A stretch of DNA of 64,000 bases from an uncultured Chloroflexia bacterium (GCA_963819655.1 CAWFXA010000002.1:736001-800000); one strand, 5' to 3'; counted from the first letter of the stretch, positions 1-10,026 are shown. Numbers and translations: made by a program. Notes: generated by a model from the sequence alone, not told the origin.

Positions 1-5
1 GCGGA

Positions 6-218
6 TCAGCGTCGAGCCGGGATGCCAGCCGCCTCGGCCTGCGCCCGCTCTTCGATCCAGGCCTCGAGTCGGCGACGGGGGATGCGCACCGCCTTGCCGA
101 TGTGGACGGTCGGGAGTCGACCATCCCTGGCCATCTCGTAAGCCAACGACCGCGCGATCCCAAGCGTACGTGCCACCTCGGGGACGCGCAGGAGCAGCGG
201 GGAATCGTTGTCGGCCAT
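6..218 (-). CDS. xis: Excisionase / HTH_17 DNA-binding protein
   Basis: 70 aa, LLLRVPEVARTLGIARSLAYEMARDGRLPTVHIGKAVRIPRRRL is a typical xis winged-HTH; AAGGAG RBS before ATG 218; near integrase. Confidence 0.85.
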   Translation of the reverse strand: MADNDSPLLLRVPEVARTLGIARSLAYEMARDGRLPTVHIGKAVRIPRRRLEAWIEERAQAEAAGIPARR

Positions 219-308
219 CGGTGTCTCCTTGTGGATGCGGGACTTGCGTGTCGCAAACAGTGGCTCTAAAGTGACCACCGTGGACCAGTGTTTCGAGCTG
301 AATAACCC

Positions 309-1436
309 GTGACTGCCTCTCCGCCCCTACCGGCCGTACCGCACTCCTGGTGGACGGTCGCGGAGACCGTCCTGGAGATCGAGCCCGGCGGGCCTGCCCT
401 CTATTACCGTCGTGGCCTGCGCGCCCCCATCCGGGATGAGCACGGACGCTGGCGCCGCGACGCCGCCGGCCGAACGGCGCTCGAGGCTTTCGGCGCTCTG
501 CCGATCGCGGACATGTATCGACGGCTCGGGAAGGCCGGTGAAACCGCCGTGCCGATGGGCACCGACGACCGACCGTGGCTGGGCATCTGGCCGGAGCTTC
601 GCGATTTCGTGTTGACCTTCGGCCCACTGGGTTTCGAGTGGGCAAGGGCGTTCTACGTCGAGAACCCGGAGGCGGACCGGGCGCTGGGTCGCCGAGCCGG
701 CAGACGCTGGCGGGTCGCCTTTCCCTCGCCTGGCTTCACCCGCGCGACGGTCCGACGAGCCGACCTCCCGCGAAAGGGATCGTGGGCGGATCGAGTGCTT
801 GTCGGCGACACTACGCTGCCGCGCGACTTCCTCGGGCTTGGTGACGCGGGTCCGTTATGGAACCACCAGGACGACCTTCGGCGCGCCCTCGAGCTCGTGA
901 AGGTGCTCGCGGAGGACGACCCGAGCCCGCATCGAATCCTGGCGGCGGCCGGTGGCCTGCCGAGGGTCGGCGGTTACGACATCGCGGATCACGAGCTACG
1001 CGACCCGGTCGATCGCCGCTGGCTCGATGCGATCCGACTCCCGCGCGCAACCGGCGCAGGTGAATGGTCGCCATTCGAGGCACACGTGACGCACGTCGAT
1101 TGGCCAGCCGCGGGACGCTTGATGCTCGCGGAGTACCTCTCAGAGCAGCTGGCGTGGACGAGGGTCGATGTCGGGCTCGACGAGCGGGGTCGCTTCCGGT
1201 CCCGATGGACGCCGCGGTCGCTGCTCGAGATCATCTATCTGCAGCTGCTCGAGCATGTCGAGCAGCGACTCCAGTTCGGCGTCGGCGAATGCCCCCTCTG
1301 CGGGGGTCCGATCCTGCGCACGCGAGCCAGTGAACGCACGCGCAACCGGGCGCACCACGGCTGCGCCAACGTGCTCCGCAAGCGTCGCCAGCGCGATCGC
1401 CAGCGGTGTGCGAGCGCCTCAGAGGCGCCGGCATGA
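309..1436 (+). CDS. Hypothetical protein with C-terminal CGNR-like zinc finger
   Basis: 375 aa ORF; C-terminal CPLCG...HHGCANVLRKRRQR; stop overlaps integrase ATG (ATGA). Confidence 0.65.
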   Translation: MTASPPLPAVPHSWWTVAETVLEIEPGGPALYYRRGLRAPIRDEHGRWRRDAAGRTALEAFGALPIADMYRRLGKAGETAVPMGTDDRPWLGIWPELRDFVLTFGPLGFEWARAFYVENPEADRALGRRAGRRWRVAFPSPGFTRATVRRADLPRKGSWADRVLVGDTTLPRDFLGLGDAGPLWNHQDDLRRALELVKVLAEDDPSPHRILAAAGGLPRVGGYDIADHELRDPVDRRWLDAIRLPRATGAGEWSPFEAHVTHVDWPAAGRLMLAEYLSEQLAWTRVDVGLDERGRFRSRWTPRSLLEIIYLQLLEHVEQRLQFGVGECPLCGGPILRTRASERTRNRAHHGCANVLRKRRQRDRQRCASASEAPA

Positions 1437-2593
1437 CTCGGCGTGGCGCCAACGAGGGGACGATCCGCCAGCGCAAGGATGGTCGCTGGGAGGCTCGCGT
1501 GCCGCTGACCGGACCGGACGGGAGGCGAACGCGTCGGTCGCTCCTCGGGCGCAGCCGGGCCGATGTCCGCGACCGGCTGCAGCAGGCCCTCCGAACCGAA
1601 GCGGGGGGCATGCCATTGCCGTCCGGGCGGCTGACCGTCGGCGCCTTCCTCGACCTGTGGCTGCGAGAGACGGTCCGCCCGACCGTCCGTCCCTCCACGT
1701 ATCGGAGCTATGAGGGGATTGTCCGGGTCCACCTCAAGCCCGGTCTCGGCGGTTACGTGCTCGCGCAGCTCACGCCGCAGCACGTCCAACGGCTGCTCAA
1801 CGCCAAGGCGGCGACGAGCCTCTCGCCGCAGACGGTCGCGTACATCCGATCCGTGCTGCGGCATGCCCTTCGCCAGGCCGAGCGGTGGGGGATGGTCACA
1901 CGGAACGTCGCCAGCCTGGCGGCGCCACCACGGGTCCCGCGCCGCGAGATCCGCCCCCTCTCGCCCGAGGAGGCCCGCATCTTCGTCGAGGCCATCCGCG
2001 CAGACCGTCTCGAGGCGCTCTACCTGCTGGCCATCGGGACCGGTCTCCGCCAGGGCGAGATTCTGGGTCTGGGCTGGCAGGACGTCGACCTCTCGGCTGC
2101 GACCGTCACCGTGCGCCACGCGCTCCAACGCGTAGGCGGCCACCTCGAGCTCGTCCCACCGAAGTCATTGGCGAGCAGGCGTGTCGTTGCCCTGCCCGCG
2201 TTCGTCGTCGGCGCGTTGCATGCCCAGCGTTTGCGACAACGGCGCGATCGGCTCCTCGCCGGATCCCGTTGGCGCGCGGATGATCGCGGGCTCGTGTTCA
2301 CCACGACCGTCGGCACGCCCATGGATGGGATCGCCGTGACGCGACGCTTCCAGGCGGTCCTTCGAGAGGCCGGTCTGCCACACCAGCGGTTCCACGATCT
2401 CCGGCATGCCTGCGCCTCGCTCCTGCTCGCCCAAGGCGTCGCGCCGCGGGTGGTGATGGAGACGCTCGGTCACAGCCAGATCAGCCTGACCATGAACACA
2501 TACAGCCATGTCATCCCTGCCCTCGGGCGGGCTGCGGCGGACGAGATGGACGCCCTACTTGGGGCCGGATCGGGCAGGGGTGTCAGCGGCTGA
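1433..2593 (+). CDS. int: Tyrosine recombinase / phage-type integrase
   Basis: N-terminal RRGANEGTIRQRKDGRWEAR arm-binding domain; catalytic GLRQGE, HDLRH, LGHS, TMNTY. Confidence 0.95.
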   Translation: MTRRGANEGTIRQRKDGRWEARVPLTGPDGRRTRRSLLGRSRADVRDRLQQALRTEAGGMPLPSGRLTVGAFLDLWLRETVRPTVRPSTYRSYEGIVRVHLKPGLGGYVLAQLTPQHVQRLLNAKAATSLSPQTVAYIRSVLRHALRQAERWGMVTRNVASLAAPPRVPRREIRPLSPEEARIFVEAIRADRLEALYLLAIGTGLRQGEILGLGWQDVDLSAATVTVRHALQRVGGHLELVPPKSLASRRVVALPAFVVGALHAQRLRQRRDRLLAGSRWRADDRGLVFTTTVGTPMDGIAVTRRFQAVLREAGLPHQRFHDLRHACASLLLAQGVAPRVVMETLGHSQISLTMNTYSHVIPALGRAAADEMDALLGAGSGRGVSG

Positions 2594-2597
2594 TCGC

Positions 2598-2628
2598 CGC
2601 AGGGGTCAGCGCAGGGGTCAGACGCAGG
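2598..2628 (+). repeat. Tandem 12-bp repeat CGCAGGGGTCAG x2 plus partial copy; probable integrase arm-type sites
   Basis: 2598-2609, 2610-2621, CGCAGG 2623-2628, between int stop and tRNA. Confidence 0.65.
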
Positions 2629-2678
2629 TTCTCTGGGGCAAGCCCCGACCAGGGTGGACGAACCCACGCGTGAAAGGG

Positions 2679-2753
2679 TGGAGCCGACACTCGGATTTGA
2701 ACCGAGGACCTGCTGTTTACGAAACAGCTGCTCTACCGCTGAGCTATGTCGGC
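2679..2753 (-). tRNA. tRNA-Thr(CGT)
   Basis: Reverse complement GCCGACATAGCTCAGCGGTAGAGCAGCTGTTTCGTAAACAGCAGGTCCTCGGTTCAAATCCGAGTGTCGGCTCCA: cloverleaf, anticodon CGT, TTCAAAT T-loop, encoded CCA. Confidence 0.97.
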
Positions 2754-2973
2754 GCCGGACCGGGAGTATAGGTGATGACTTTGGGCAGCTGCTCTACGTG
2801 GTCGGCGAACCCCTCTTGAACGGACCCTTCGGTTGGTAGCCCAGCTGTGCGTTCCCGCTTTCGGGCGGCCCTGCCTACGGCCGCGTCGTAGTTTGAGCCG
2901 TCGAAGCGTTGGGGTCGCATGGCGACGTCGAGCCAGGCGGTCTTCAGGGGCTTGCGAACCAGCACACGGTGGT

Positions 2974-3001
2974 GCATACTGAACCGTATGGTTCAGTATG
3001 C
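2974..3001. promoter_or_regulatory. Perfect 12-4-12 palindrome over the ArsR start codon (autoregulatory operator)
   Basis: GCATACTGAACC-GTAT-GGTTCAGTATGC. Confidence 0.8.
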
Positions 3002-3353
3002 GAGCGGCCGACTCGATGCCTCGTTTGCCACGCTCTCAGACGCCACCCGACGCGGTGTTCTGGAGCAGCTCGGGCGTGCAGACGCTTCGATCACGGACCT
3101 TGCCGACAAGTTCCATATGACCCTAACGGGCATGAAGAAGCACGTCGGCGTCTTGGAGCAGGCGGGGCTCGTCACCACGGAGAAGGTCGGGCGCGTGCGG
3201 ACCTGCAAGCTCGGCCTGCGCCGACTGGATGAAGAGGCGGCATGGATCGAGAGGTACCGCCAGCTCTGGGATGCACGGTTCGACGAGCTGGACAAGGTTA
3301 TCGAAGAACAGAAACAGAAGGAGATGGTCGATGGAAGCAAGAGCAGAGACTGA
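2988..3353 (+). CDS. ArsR/SmtB-family transcriptional regulator
   Basis: FATLSDATRRGVL...SITDLA...KHVGVLEQAGLV...GRVRTC. Confidence 0.9.
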   Translation: MVQYASGRLDASFATLSDATRRGVLEQLGRADASITDLADKFHMTLTGMKKHVGVLEQAGLVTTEKVGRVRTCKLGLRRLDEEAAWIERYRQLWDARFDELDKVIEEQKQKEMVDGSKSRD

Positions 3354-3855
3354 GCCCGCCCCCATGAAGAACCGCACGACAACGGAACGGAAGTCCGAGC
3401 GTGAGCTGGTCGTCACGCGAACCTTCAACGCTCCCGCGCGCATCGTGTTCGAGGCGTGGGCCAAGCCCGAGCTGTTCAAGCGGTGGTGGGTACCGAAATC
3501 GATGGGCATGTCCCTGCTCACCTGCGAGATGGATGTCCGTGTCGGGGGCAAGTACCGTTTCGTGTTCGGCGTCGGTGGCTCCAAGGTGATGGAGGTCTTC
3601 GGCAAGTACATCGAAGTGACCCCCCACTCGCGCCTCGTGTGGACCAATGAGGAAGGTGATGAGGGGGGACCCATCACCACGCTGACCTTCGAGGAAATGG
3701 GCGGCCAGACGCTGCTGGTCAAGCACGACCTCTATCCCTCGAAGGAAGCTCTCGACGGTGAGCTCGCCTCCGGGGCGGCGGATGGGATGCCCGAGCAGCT
3801 CGAACAACTGGACGAGCTTCTCCTCGCCCTGGGCGCGAGCGTGGGACAGTCATGA
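3331..3855 (+). CDS. SRPBCC/AHSA1-domain protein
   Basis: ELVVTRTFNAPARIVFEAWAKPELFKRWW...DVRVGGKYR. Confidence 0.9.
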   Translation: MEARAETEPAPMKNRTTTERKSERELVVTRTFNAPARIVFEAWAKPELFKRWWVPKSMGMSLLTCEMDVRVGGKYRFVFGVGGSKVMEVFGKYIEVTPHSRLVWTNEEGDEGGPITTLTFEEMGGQTLLVKHDLYPSKEALDGELASGAADGMPEQLEQLDELLLALGASVGQS

Positions 3856-3995
3856 AGTCGTCGAGGATGCGTGCCAAGACCGACAAGGCCAAGACCGCCA
3901 CGAAACTGCTGATCTCCCTGACGGGCAAGGCAAGCCCCGCGAAGGCCGCGGAAGGCGACGAGCCCGTGTTCGCTTACATCGCCAGCTTTCCGTGA
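3852..3995 (+). pseudogene. Truncated DUF1801-like protein (N-terminal 47 aa)
   Basis: ATGA-coupled to SRPBCC; AKAAEGDEPVFAYIASFP then stop. Confidence 0.55.
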
Positions 3996-4025
3996 ACGGA
4001 TCTCGACCGACCTTGTGTCATGGCC

Positions 4026-4454
4026 TCATGAGTCATCGGGCGTCGGCAACTTCCCGTACTTGTTCCTGTAGACCTTGCCCTTCTTGGGATGTGTGAACTT
4101 GATAGCCGACCAGATGTCATCGACCCGCAGGGCGGTGCTCTCCACGAGCCCGTACCTGTAGCCGATCTCGATGACCTTCGGCAGGGATAGGTCGGTGCCC
4201 TGCTTCTTGCCCTTGGGCCACGACAGCCAGAGCACTCCGGTCGACTTGAGATGACGCTTGAGCTTCGGGAAGCGCTCGGTCATCTCAGCCTGCGTCACGC
4301 AGAAGGAGTGAACATAGTCGAACTCGCCACGAAGGTCATCGCTGACCTCAAGGTCCGGCAGGTCGATCGCCCGTAGAACCGAGCGTGGAGCATTGTCGAA
4401 GAAGGCCCGGGATCCCTCTCTGATCCCCATTTTCGTGGCGACGGACCGAGTCAT
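4026..4454 (-). CDS. DUF3052-like hypothetical protein
   Basis: KMGIREG...LWLSWPKG...GLVEST...DDIWSAIKF; RBS GAGG. Confidence 0.75.
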   Translation of the reverse strand: MTRSVATKMGIREGSRAFFDNAPRSVLRAIDLPDLEVSDDLRGEFDYVHSFCVTQAEMTERFPKLKRHLKSTGVLWLSWPKGKKQGTDLSLPKVIEIGYRYGLVESTALRVDDIWSAIKFTHPKKGKVYRNKYGKLPTPDDS

Positions 4455-4524
4455 CTGTTGTCCTCCTTCCAAGCGGCGAGCGGGTCGCAAGCCCCGCGCG
4501 TCCACCATCCGTGGAGCGCCGATC

Positions 4525-5778
4525 TCAGCGCACCATCCGGAAGAACTCGCGAACGTCGCCGATCAGGAGGTCCGGCGCCTCCATAGCGAGGAAGTGGCCT
4601 CCCCTGGTGAGCTCGGTCCAATGCACGACGTTGTGGTCGCGCTCCGCCCAGCGGCGGATGGTCACGTCGTGGGTGGAGACCAGCACACCGGTCGGCACCA
4701 TCCCGCCCTGCTCTGCTGCCCGGTCGTCTCCCTCACCCGGGCCCGGGCTGCCTCCGGTGCCGTCACCCCAGCCGGCGGTCCCGTCGCCAGCGTCAGCGCT
4801 CCAGGCGCTCGTCGAGATCTCCTCGTAGTAGACCTGCGCCGCCGATCCCGCCGTGCCGGTCAGCCAGTACAGCGTAACGTCCGTCAGGATGCGGTCGCGA
4901 TCGATGCTGTCCTCGGGTAGGCCATCCTCGGGATCCGTGAGCTCCTTGAACTTCTCGACGATCCAGGCAAGCTGGCCGACAGGTGAGTCGTGCAGCCCAT
5001 ACGTCACGGTCTGTGGCCGCTTGGAGTTGCATTGCAGATAGCCGTCGTTGAAGTCCTGCATCGCCTGCCAGCGTCGTCGCTCGACTTCGGTGAGACCGTC
5101 CATCTCGCCTTCCACGCCGATCGGGAACGTGAGCAAGGCGTTGAGATGGATGCCGAGGACACGATCCGGGTCCTGCTTGCCCATCTCCGGTGCGACCCAC
5201 GAGCCCGTGTCATAGCCCTGCACGCCGTAGCGCTCGTACCCGAGCTGGGACATCAGCTGAACGAGCAGACCGGCCATCCGTGCAGGACCCATGCCTGGCC
5301 CGGCCAAGGGGGTCGAGAACCCGAACCCGGGCAACGATGGGATGATCAGGTGGAACGCATCGGCCGGGTCGCCGCCGTGGGCGCCAGGATCCGACAGTGG
5401 CTCGATGACATCGAGGAAGTCCACGAGCCCACCCGGCCAGCCATGCAGCAACATCAGCGGTGTGGCATCGGGCTGCGGCGAGCGCACGTGCAGGAAGTGG
5501 ATGTTCTGGTCAGCGATGGCGGTGACGTACTGCGGGAACTCGTTGAGCGCCGCCTCCTGCATCCGCCAGTCAAAGCCGGTGCGCCAGTACTCGGCCAGAT
5601 CCTGCAGGTAGGCAAGCGGCACGCCCCGACTCCAGCCGACGCCGGGCAGCTCGTCGGGCCAGCGGGTTCGAGCCAGGCGATCACGCAGATCGACGAGGTC
5701 GGCCTCCGGGATGTCGATCCGGAATGGCCGGATCTGGGTCGTAGGCGCTGACTGAGGAATGGTGCTGGTGACAGCCAC
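4525..5778 (-). CDS. Epoxide hydrolase (EHN + alpha/beta hydrolase)
   Basis: IRPFRIDIP...LHGWPG...[14 protein letters not shown] nucleophile, [10 protein letters not shown]; AAGGAG RBS. Confidence 0.92.
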   Translation of the reverse strand: MAVTSTIPQSAPTTQIRPFRIDIPEADLVDLRDRLARTRWPDELPGVGWSRGVPLAYLQDLAEYWRTGFDWRMQEAALNEFPQYVTAIADQNIHFLHVRSPQPDATPLMLLHGWPGGLVDFLDVIEPLSDPGAHGGDPADAFHLIIPSLPGFGFSTPLAGPGMGPARMAGLLVQLMSQLGYERYGVQGYDTGSWVAPEMGKQDPDRVLGIHLNALLTFPIGVEGEMDGLTEVERRRWQAMQDFNDGYLQCNSKRPQTVTYGLHDSPVGQLAWIVEKFKELTDPEDGLPEDSIDRDRILTDVTLYWLTGTAGSAAQVYYEEISTSAWSADAGDGTAGWGDGTGGSPGPGEGDDRAAEQGGMVPTGVLVSTHDVTIRRWAERDHNVVHWTELTRGGHFLAMEAPDLLIGDVREFFRMVR

Positions 5779-5862
5779 GACGTGCTCCTTTTGGTGCGAT
5801 TGCCACACTATCTGCCACAAAGGTGGACATCCACTGACCAGCTTTCGTGCGAGACTGGCCAC

Positions 5863-6810
5863 ATGCGAGCGGACCGCCTCGTCGCCACACTCCTTCTCTT
5901 GCAGGCTCGCGGGCGCGTGACTGCCGCCGACGTGGCGGCGGAGCTCGAGGTGTCGCACAAGACCGCGCGTCGTGATCTGGAGGCCCTCGCGATGGCCGGC
6001 CTGCCGGTCTACTCGCAGACGGGTCGAGGAGGCGGATGGCGATTGCTGGGCGGTGCACGCACCGACCTGAGCGGGCTTACCGCGGCCGAGGCGCGGGCGC
6101 TGTTTCTCGTAGCCGGGCCGTCATCGGCAGTCACGCCCGAGGCGAAGGCCGCGCTGCGCAAGCTCGTGCGTGCGCTGCCCGAGGCGTTCCGCCGCGACGC
6201 CGAAGCCGCTGCAGCGGCGATCGTTCTCGATCCCGACCGATGGGGCTCGATCGCGGCGCCTGTCTCGCCTCACATGCAAGACCTTCAGCGCGCGCTGATC
6301 GACGGGGTGCAGGTTCGGCTCGGATACGTGGATCAACGTGGCGCGAGCAGCGAGCGCGTCATCCATCCGCTCGGCCTCGTCGCCAAAGGCGGAGTCTGGT
6401 ATCTCGTCACCGACACCGCAGCCGGTCAGCGCACGTTCAGGGTCGGCCGCATCCGCTCAGTGGAACTCACCCATGTTCCGGCTCGCCGCCCAGAGGGCTT
6501 CGACCTGGCCGATGCCTGGCAGGCGATCGCGGCATCGATCGAGACGCGCCGTTACCGCGTACGAGCGATCGTCCAAGCGGACGGGGCCGCTGTCGCCGGC
6601 CTGCGAGAACAGTTCGGCGCGGGCCTGGAGGTCATCAGCCAGACGTCCTACGGCCGATCCGAAGTGGCGATCGGCGGCAGCTCGTGGCGGGTGGTCGCCG
6701 AACAACTTGCCGGATGGGGCAAGACCATCGACGTCGTCGGGCCGATCCAGGTCCGGCGGCGTCTTGCCAGGATCGGAGCGGAGTTGGTCGAAGCGTACGA
6801 GGGCGTCTAG
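5863..6810 (+). CDS. HTH-WYL (YafY-family) transcriptional regulator
   Basis: [45 protein letters not shown]. Confidence 0.93.
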   Translation: MRADRLVATLLLLQARGRVTAADVAAELEVSHKTARRDLEALAMAGLPVYSQTGRGGGWRLLGGARTDLSGLTAAEARALFLVAGPSSAVTPEAKAALRKLVRALPEAFRRDAEAAAAAIVLDPDRWGSIAAPVSPHMQDLQRALIDGVQVRLGYVDQRGASSERVIHPLGLVAKGGVWYLVTDTAAGQRTFRVGRIRSVELTHVPARRPEGFDLADAWQAIAASIETRRYRVRAIVQADGAAVAGLREQFGAGLEVISQTSYGRSEVAIGGSSWRVVAEQLAGWGKTIDVVGPIQVRRRLARIGAELVEAYEGV

Positions 6811-6891
6811 CCGGCGACCCTCATGCGAGCGCCGATCTCCCGAGCCAGGCATCCCGACAAAGTGTCGGCGATCGCGCTGTCGAAGTATCTG

Positions 6892-7150
6892 TCAAAGCCA
6901 CGCGCCGACCGCGTCGACAAAGGCTTGAGGCGCCTCCCAAGGCGGCATGTGCCCGACGTCTTCGAAGGTGTGGAAGTCCCATCCGGGTGTCGACCGCTGA
7001 TCTGGTCGATCAGCGATCGGGGGATCACCCGGTCGCTCTCGCCCATAGGAGGAGTGTTGGCGCGGCGACTCGGTCGACCGCGCTCGCCACGGTCCGCTGT
7101 TCGAGCGTCATCAGCCTGATGGCGACGTGATCGCCGTGATAGCAGCGTCC
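6892..7150 (-). pseudogene. Alpha/beta hydrolase C-terminal remnant with several frameshifts
   Basis: Stitched frames: VDRVAAPTLLLW/GESDRVIP.../DFHTFEDVGHMPPWEAPQAFVDAVGAWL*. Confidence 0.7.
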
Positions 7151-7196
7151 GAGCGCGGTCTTGCCGGACCCACTACGACGTTACCCTCCCGCGCTC

Positions 7197-7520
7197 CTAT
7201 CGGACGGTAGCGATTGCGGTCGCGCCACGGACGATTCCGAGGGATGCCGCGTAACCGAGCGTCGCCGCGGCAGCCATGACGACAAGGCTCGTAACGAAGT
7301 CCGGCTTACCGACCATCAGGCCGACGATGCCGAGCGCCAGGCCGAGGCGAACCCATAGGGCTCGCCGCACTGTCGGAGCCTGTAGTCGCTCGCGAATGGT
7401 GCTGGAGAGCTGTGTCTGCTCGTCGGCGATCGCGCGGTCGAGCGCCATCGTCGTGCGGCCGGTGAAGAGTCCGCTACAGCGGCCGCCCGGCCACGGCGGC
7501 CCTGGCGCGCCTTGATCGGA
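7197..7520 (-). pseudogene. Membrane protein C-terminal fragment (DUF2269-like)
   Basis: ALWVRLGLALGIVGLMVGKP... hydrophobic tail; degenerate N-terminus. Confidence 0.5.
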
Positions 7521-7733
7521 CTCGTTCCAGTAACGAATGTCGACGAGCGGTTCTCCGCCCAGCGCCGAGATGGCCCTTGGGTTCCGGTCACCTCGACGGA
7601 CAGGAGAGCATGATTGGTCGATAATGGCCACCGCTTCAGCCCGCGGTTGAAAGGTCCTTCCCGCGCTGTCGTCGCGCTCGACCTGATGCGAGCAGTCAGG
7701 GCCGGCGACACCCAAGCCCTGGTCGCCTCCCGC

Positions 7734-9029
7734 ATGCAGACCGAGAGCCAGCCCGCCACGAACGGTCGCGTCCGCCGCGTTGGCAACGCGCCTCTTCCCA
7801 CCCGCATCGGGACATTTGATGCCGTCGCCTTCTCAGATTTGCGCAGCGGCACCGAGCCGATCGCCCTCATTCACGGCGACGTCGCCGGGCGCGACGCACC
7901 GCTTGTCAGGCTCCACTCCGAGTGCTGGACGGGCGACGTCCTGGGCTCGCTTCGATGCGACTGCGGCGAGCAACTCGGCCGCGCGCTGACCGCCATCGTC
8001 GCCGAAGGCGCGGGCGTGCTCCTCTACCTCAGACAGGAGGGTCGGGGGATCGGGCTGGCGAACAAGCTGCGGGCGTATGCACTCCAGGACCGCGGGCTCG
8101 ACACTGTCGCCGCGAACGCCGCACTCGGACTCCCGGTCGACGCCCGCGAGTACGGTGCCGCCGCCGCGATCCTCGCCGACCTGGGGCTTTATCGGGTGCG
8201 GCTCATGACAAACAACCCCGGCAAGGCCGCGGCGCTCGAAGCCCACGGTATTCGCGTCAGCGAGCGCATCCCGCTCCCGGCGCTCCCGAACCCGATCAAC
8301 CGGCCGTATCTCGAGACGAAAGCCGCCCGCCTCGGACACGTACCGCCCGGCAAGGCCACCCGGCCATCGGTCACGGTGCACTACGCCCAGACGATCGACG
8401 GGCGTCTCGCGACGCGGACCGGCGATTCGCAGTGGATCAGCGGGCAGGAGTCCCTGGTGCTGGCGCACGCGTTGCGCGCGTCCCATGCGGCCGTGCTCGT
8501 CGGCGCGGGCACTGTGGCGGCCGACGATCCGCGGCTGACCGCCCGGCTCGTCGAAGGCCCCTCGCCGGTCCGCGTCGTCCTTGACAGCCAGCTGCGCCTG
8601 TCGCCACGCGCAAGCGTCGTGACCGACGGCGCCGCACCGACGATTCTGGCGACTACCGACCTGGCGCCCGATCACCGGCGCCGGGCGTTCGCGCGCCGCG
8701 CTGTCGAGGTACTCGTCCTCCCCTCCACGCCCGACGGTCGGGTCGATCTCGGGTCGCTCCTGGACGAGCTGGGGGACAGGGGCATGGCCACCCTCCTCGT
8801 GGAGGGAGGAGCCGGCGTGATCACGGCGATGATCCGCGAACGCCGGGTGAGTCGGCTGGTCGTGTCGATCGCGCCACTGGTCCTCGGCGCGGGGATCGAG
8901 GCCGTCGGTGACCTCGACATCCTGCGGCTGCGCGACGCGCTGTCATTTCGCCGCGCGTCGTTTTCTCAGCTAGGCCCGGATGTCATCTTCGACGGCGAGC
9001 TGGAGCCCCGGAGCGAAGGTGATGCCTGA
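7734..9029 (+). CDS. ribA: GTP cyclohydrolase II fused to RibD-type reductase (no deaminase domain)
   Basis: RLHSECWTGDVLGSLRCDCG, QEGRGIGL, LMTNNP; then YAQTIDGRLATRTGDSQWIS, DDPRLT, VEGGA; start uncertain (7614-7734). Confidence 0.92.
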   Translation: MQTESQPATNGRVRRVGNAPLPTRIGTFDAVAFSDLRSGTEPIALIHGDVAGRDAPLVRLHSECWTGDVLGSLRCDCGEQLGRALTAIVAEGAGVLLYLRQEGRGIGLANKLRAYALQDRGLDTVAANAALGLPVDAREYGAAAAILADLGLYRVRLMTNNPGKAAALEAHGIRVSERIPLPALPNPINRPYLETKAARLGHVPPGKATRPSVTVHYAQTIDGRLATRTGDSQWISGQESLVLAHALRASHAAVLVGAGTVAADDPRLTARLVEGPSPVRVVLDSQLRLSPRASVVTDGAAPTILATTDLAPDHRRRAFARRAVEVLVLPSTPDGRVDLGSLLDELGDRGMATLLVEGGAGVITAMIRERRVSRLVVSIAPLVLGAGIEAVGDLDILRLRDALSFRRASFSQLGPDVIFDGELEPRSEGDA

Positions 9030-10026
9030 GGCCGTCTGGTTCGGCGGGCCGAAACGAGTGGAGATCCGGCAGGAACCCGGCGCGCCCGTCGGACCCGACG
9101 ACGTCCGGGTCCGCTCATTGGTCTCTGGGGTGAGTGCCGGGAGCGAGCTCCTCGTCTACCGCGGCAGCGCCCCGCGCGAGATACAGCCCGATCTCCCCAC
9201 CGTCCGCGGCGACTTCGGCTTCCCCATCAAGTTCGCCTACGCGAGCGTCGGCAGCGTGATCGAGGTCGGATCGCACGTCGCCCAGCTTGCGGTCGACGAC
9301 CTCGTCTTTGTGCACCACCCGCATCAGACCGAGTTCGTCGTGCCGGCCGACGCTCCGATCCGGCTGCCCGAAGGCCTCGCCGCCGACGTCGGGGTGTTCG
9401 CCGCGAACCTCGAGACTGCGGTCACGGTGGTGCTCGACGCCCACCCTCGCCTCGGAGACGCCGTGCTCGTGACCGGCCAGGGCGTCGTTGGCCTGCTGAT
9501 CACCATGCTCCTTCGGAGGGCCGGAGCGACCTTGATCGTGACCGCGGATCTGCACGAACGCCGTCGGGCCGCATCCGCCGCCGCGGGCGCCGACCACGCA
9601 CTCGGCGTGGACGTCGACCTCATTGACGCCGTCCTCGAACTGACCGACCGGCGCGGCGTGGATGTCGCGGTCGAGGTCAGCGGGAACCCGGCTGCTCTCC
9701 AGGCCTGCATCGACGCGGCGGCGTTCGCCGGGACCGTCGTCGTCGCGTCGTGGTACGGGACTCGCGACGTCAGCCTGAGCCTCGGTGGTCGCTTCCATCG
9801 CCGGCGCCTGCGGGTCGTCAGCTCGCAAGTTTCGACGCTCGATCCGGCCCTCGCGCCACGCTGGGATCGCACGCGACGTACGGCTCTCGTGTCAGCGCTG
9901 CTCAAGGAGCTACCGCTGAACGAGCTGATCACGCACCGGTTCCCGTTGGACCAGGCGGCCGAGGCGTACGAGCTCCTCGACCGCCGCCCCGGAGAGTGCC
10001 TGCAGGTGGTGCTGGACTATGTTTGA
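9022..10026 (+). CDS. Zn-binding alcohol dehydrogenase-like (MDR) protein
   Basis: SGVSAGSELLVYRG, HHPHQT, GQGVVG Rossmann, FHRRRLRVVSSQV. Confidence 0.88.
   Translation: MPEAVWFGGPKRVEIRQEPGAPVGPDDVRVRSLVSGVSAGSELLVYRGSAPREIQPDLPTVRGDFGFPIKFAYASVGSVIEVGSHVAQLAVDDLVFVHHPHQTEFVVPADAPIRLPEGLAADVGVFAANLETAVTVVLDAHPRLGDAVLVTGQGVVGLLITMLLRRAGATLIVTADLHERRRAASAAAGADHALGVDVDLIDAVLELTDRRGVDVAVEVSGNPAALQACIDAAAFAGTVVVASWYGTRDVSLSLGGRFHRRRLRVVSSQVSTLDPALAPRWDRTRRTALVSALLKELPLNELITHRFPLDQAAEAYELLDRRPGECLQVVLDYV

Larger units (their letters stand above)
1..2720. mobile_element. Right end of a tRNA-Thr-integrated element (prophage/IME) extending left out of the window
   Basis: xis + int immediately downstream of the tRNA 3' end; other att site not in window. 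Confidence 0.75.

Noticed and set aside
2786-2797. 12-bp match CAGCTGCTCTAC to tRNA positions 2725-2736
   Set aside because: Too short, on the 5' side of the tRNA and not part of a cloverleaf; probably chance rather than an att duplicate
7614-7733. FMN riboswitch upstream of ribA-ribD
   Set aside because: No RFN consensus (AGGGCGGGGTGAAATTCCC...) visible, consistent with a non-riboflavin role
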